Assembly: GCA_963792585.1 (NCBI GenBank)
Contig: CAWBWI010000001.1
Coordinates: forward strand, 1,632,001 to 1,696,000
DNA: 64,000 nt
Origin: Candidatus Eiseniibacteriota bacterium
GTDB taxonomy: Bacteria; Eisenbacteria; RBG-16-71-46; CAIMUX01; VGJL01
Direction of reading: 5' to 3'
The notes beneath the pieces were generated by a model. The model was not told the origin of the DNA. It was given only the letters and a program-made list of their open reading frames with translations, and made no database searches. This document shows, piece by piece, positions 61,089-64,000 of the stretch. The translations under genes and the position numbers were made by a program. Every line of letters begins with the position of its first letter. The first letter of the stretch is position 1.

Positions 61089-64000
61089 CGACGCACTGAA
61101 GAGAGCCGCCCGTGCCGTCACCGACGGAAGCCCCGTCGACTGGGAGAACCTGTCGGCGACCTTTCCGCACCTCCGCTCGCGGCTGGACAAACTGCGGTTG
61201 ATCGAGTCTCTCGCGGCATCCGCCCGCACCCCTGTCGCCCCGCCCGACCGGAAGGCCCCGGATCCCAGCGAGATGTTGTTCTCCTGGGGACCGCTTCGGG
61301 TAATGGCGAAGATCGGAGAGGGGAGCTTCGGGGAGGTCTATCGCGCCTTCGACCCGGTCTTGGAACGGGTGGTGGCGCTCAAGTTGCACCGTCTCGCCGG
61401 CGCCGTTGCGCGTTCCGCGTTCGCGCCCCACATCGAGGAAGCGCGCAAGCTCGCGCGGGTCCGCCATCCGAATGTCCTGACGGTGCACGGCGTCGAGGTT
61501 CACGATGGCCGCGCCGGTATGTGGACGGACTTCATCCAGGGCGAGACTCTGGAAGAGCGGATCGTGTCGGCCGGCCCGCTCGGCGTGGACGAGATCGCAG
61601 TGATTGCCCGGGACCTATGCCGTGCCCTCGCGGCCGTCCACGCGGCCGACATCGTGCACGGCGACATCAAGGCGGCGAACGTGATGCGCGAGCGCGACGG
61701 CCGGATCATCTTGATGGACTTCGGCGCGGGATCCTATCTGCATGACCTCCTTTCGGCGGAGCCGGGCGAGGCCGGCCCTGGTCTCGAGTCGATAGTGAAT
61801 CCCTCGGCGCCCGCCGCCCGCAGATTGATCGGGACCCCGCTCGTCATGGCTCCGGAGTTGCTGGACGGCTCCGAGCCGAACGTCAGGTCCGACATCTACG
61901 CGCTCGGGGTTCTCCTCTTCCGCCTCGCAACCGGACGCCATCCGATCGAGGCTTCGACCGCGGAAGAGCTCGTGGAGCGCCACGAGGAGCCGCGGCGCGT
62001 GTTCCTCTGGGAGGTCCGCCCTGACTTGCCGGAGACCTTCGCCCGGGCGATCGAGAAGGCGCTCGCCCCGCATGCGGGAGACCGATATGCGGACGCGACC
62101 GAGATGGGCGTCATTCTCGCGGCCTCGCTCGGCGCAAGCCCGGAGCATTCGGACACGAAGGCCGGCGCGGTTCGGAATTCGATCCGGTTCTCGACGCGGT
62201 TCATCGGACGCGAGCGGGAACTCGCCGCGGCCCGCAAACTCGTGGTCGAGTCCCCCGTCGTCACCTTCGTCGGTCCTGGAGGCTCGGGGAAGACACGGCT
62301 CGCGGCTCGGCTGTGCGAGGAGCTGGCCGGAGCCTTCCCCGGCGGCGTCTGCTTCGTGGAACTCGCGCACATCACGCCCGCCATGCCGTTGGACGCGGAG
62401 ATTGCCCGAGCGCTTGGAATCCGTGAGGAACCCACACGACATTTGCGCGAGATGCTCGTCGAACACCTGGCGGGGGCAGCGCGGCTGCTCGTGCTCGACA
62501 ATTGCGAGCAGATCCTCGATGGGTCGCGCGCGTTCTGCGATTTCATCCGCTCGCAATGCCCCAACGTCCACCTGATCGCGACGAGCCGGCAGGCACTGGG
62601 AGTGATCGAGGAGCGCATCTACCACACACCACCGCTGACCATACCCCCCTCTCCCGGAGGGGGCCGAACCCACGGACTGGAGATCACCGAATCGGAGGCG
62701 GTGCGGCTCTTCATCGACCGCGCCGTTCGCAGCCGACCCGATTTCTCACTGACCGAGGCGAACGCGCCGCACGTCGCGGAGATCTGCCGTCGTCTCGAGG
62801 GGATTCCGCTCGCGATCGAACTGGCGGCGGCGCGCGTGCGCGCGCTGGGCACCGAGGCCCTTGCGTCCCGGTTGGAGGAGAGCTTCAGGCTGCTCACGGG
62901 GGGCAACACGGGCCCGGCGCACCATTCGACGATCGAGGCATCGATCGACTGGAGCTACCGGCTCCTCGAGGATCCGGAGCGCCGGCTGTTGCGCAGGCTT
63001 GCCGTCTTCGCCGGAGCGTGGTCGATCGAGGCCGCGGAGACGGTCTGCACGGACGATCCGGATCAACCGGGTGAGATCGCCCATGAGCCCATCCTCGATC
63101 TGATCACCAGTCTCGTGGAGAAATCGCTGGTGACATTCGATGTCCCCCGCGAGGACCGGAACGACGCCGGCTCGGGCGGCGCGGCAAGCGGTGCTTCCTA
63201 CCGGATGCCGGAGATGGTCCGCCAGTTCGCGATGGCCGCGCTGCTCCGGTCGGGAGACGCAGATGTGCTGCGCGCGCGCCATCTCGCCTACTTCCTCCGG
63301 ATCACGGAGGAGATCGGGATGCGAATCTACGGGCAGGAGCAGGAGCGCCTTCTCCCCTATCTCGAATCCCAGCAGGATAACTACCGCGCCGCGATTCGTT
63401 GGTCGATGACCGAAGCCGGAGACATCGATGCCGGCCTTCGCATCGCCGCCCTCATTCGCCGGTTCTGGTTCATCCGGGGATACATCACGGAAGGTCGGCA
63501 ACTCCTCGACGAACTGGTGGCGACGGGACGGGGGACACCCCAGAACAGGGCGAACGCCATCGTGTCATCCGCCAGCCTGGCCTGGTCGAGCGGGGATGCG
63601 GCCACGAGCAAGAGGCTCGCCCTGGAGGCGCTGCGGATCCGGGAAGAGATCGGAAGCGTGGATGGGCAGATCCCGGCCCTCGCCGTCCTCGGCACCATTG
63701 CGTCCGACGAGGGAGACTACGGGCGGGCTCGCATGCTGCTGGAGAAGGCTCTTGCGATCCGTCGCGGGATCCCCGACCTGGCTTCCCTGGCTTCCATCAC
63801 GTGCAATCTCGGCGTCCTCTGCGCGCGCGAAGGCGATCTCCAGGCGGCCAGCCGGTACTACGAGGAGGCCTACGCCACGATGGTCGAAATGGGAGATCTC
63901 CCCAGCGCCGCAACGCTGCTCATGAACTTCAGCGCGACCGCGCGCGACCTGGGAGATCTGCCGCGCGCGAAGGAACTGGCGCTCGAGTCCGTGAAGATCT
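61072..64000 (+). CDS. Ser/Thr kinase - NB-ARC-like STAND ATPase - TPR protein (runs off window)
   Basis: Not in ORF track; manual: MPTGPDD...DGSPVDW, IGEGSFGEVY, VALK, HGDIKAAN, MDFG, MAPE, GPGGSGKT, VLDNCE, ATSR, GIPLAIELAAAR, IDWSY, TPRs. Confidence 0.92.
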   Translation, partial: MPTGPDDALKRAARAVTDGSPVDWENLSATFPHLRSRLDKLRLIESLAASARTPVAPPDRKAPDPSEMLFSWGPLRVMAKIGEGSFGEVYRAFDPVLERVVALKLHRLAGAVARSAFAPHIEEARKLARVRHPNVLTVHGVEVHDGRAGMWTDFIQGETLEERIVSAGPLGVDEIAVIARDLCRALAAVHAADIVHGDIKAANVMRERDGRIILMDFGAGSYLHDLLSAEPGEAGPGLESIVNPSAPAARRLIGTPLVMAPELLDGSEPNVRSDIYALGVLLFRLATGRHPIEASTAEELVERHEEPRRVFLWEVRPDLPETFARAIEKALAPHAGDRYADATEMGVILAASLGASPEHSDTKAGAVRNSIRFSTRFIGRERELAAARKLVVESPVVTFVGPGGSGKTRLAARLCEELAGAFPGGVCFVELAHITPAMPLDAEIARALGIREEPTRHLREMLVEHLAGAARLLVLDNCEQILDGSRAFCDFIRSQCPNVHLIATSRQALGVIEERIYHTPPLTIPPSPGGGRTHGLEITESEAVRLFIDRAVRSRPDFSLTEANAPHVAEICRRLEGIPLAIELAAARVRALGTEALASRLEESFRLLTGGNTGPAHHSTIEASIDWSYRLLEDPERRLLRRLAVFAGAWSIEAAETVCTDDPDQPGEIAHEPILDLITSLVEKSLVTFDVPREDRNDAGSGGAASGASYRMPEMVRQFAMAALLRSGDADVLRARHLAYFLRITEEIGMRIYGQEQERLLPYLESQQDNYRAAIRWSMTEAGDIDAGLRIAALIRRFWFIRGYITEGRQLLDELVATGRGTPQNRANAIVSSASLAWSSGDAATSKRLALEALRIREEIGSVDGQIPALAVLGTIASDEGDYGRARMLLEKALAIRRGIPDLASLASITCNLGVLCAREGDLQAASRYYEEAYATMVEMGDLPSAATLLMNFSATARDLGDLPRAKELALESVKI

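Overview
GC-rich bacterial window. Six secreted proteins end in a FlgD-Ig/T9SS-type C-terminal domain, one carries a TWGxxKxxYR tail, and AtpB has a His-rich N-terminal extension. This suggests an FCB-related lineage such as Ca. Eisenbacteria (inference). Left part: ArsB/NhaD-type permease (partial), nitrilase, outer-membrane protein plus DNRLRE lipoprotein, old yellow enzyme, a small polysaccharide cluster, a UGA-containing (selenocysteine) peroxiredoxin, methyltransferases, and a full F1Fo ATP synthase operon riddled with +1 indels that look like sequencing errors. Right part is accessory. It holds an apparently inactive subtilase and a TPR-CHAT protease / ECF sigma / anti-sigma module. That module has a repeated promoter motif and a DUF6345-like output gene broken by a 10-bp duplication. 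There are also beta-propeller secreted proteins and a clade-D beta-carbonic anhydrase behind an unannotated leaderless poly-Cys leader peptide with terminator/antiterminator (a candidate cysteine-sensing attenuator). Further on are a graspetide ATP-grasp ligase coupled to an unusually large precursor, kinase-STAND proteins, a large metalloprotease and an ECF-kinase pair. No rRNA, tRNA, CRISPR array or transposase was recognised. All family assignments are from motif recognition by eye; no searches were run.
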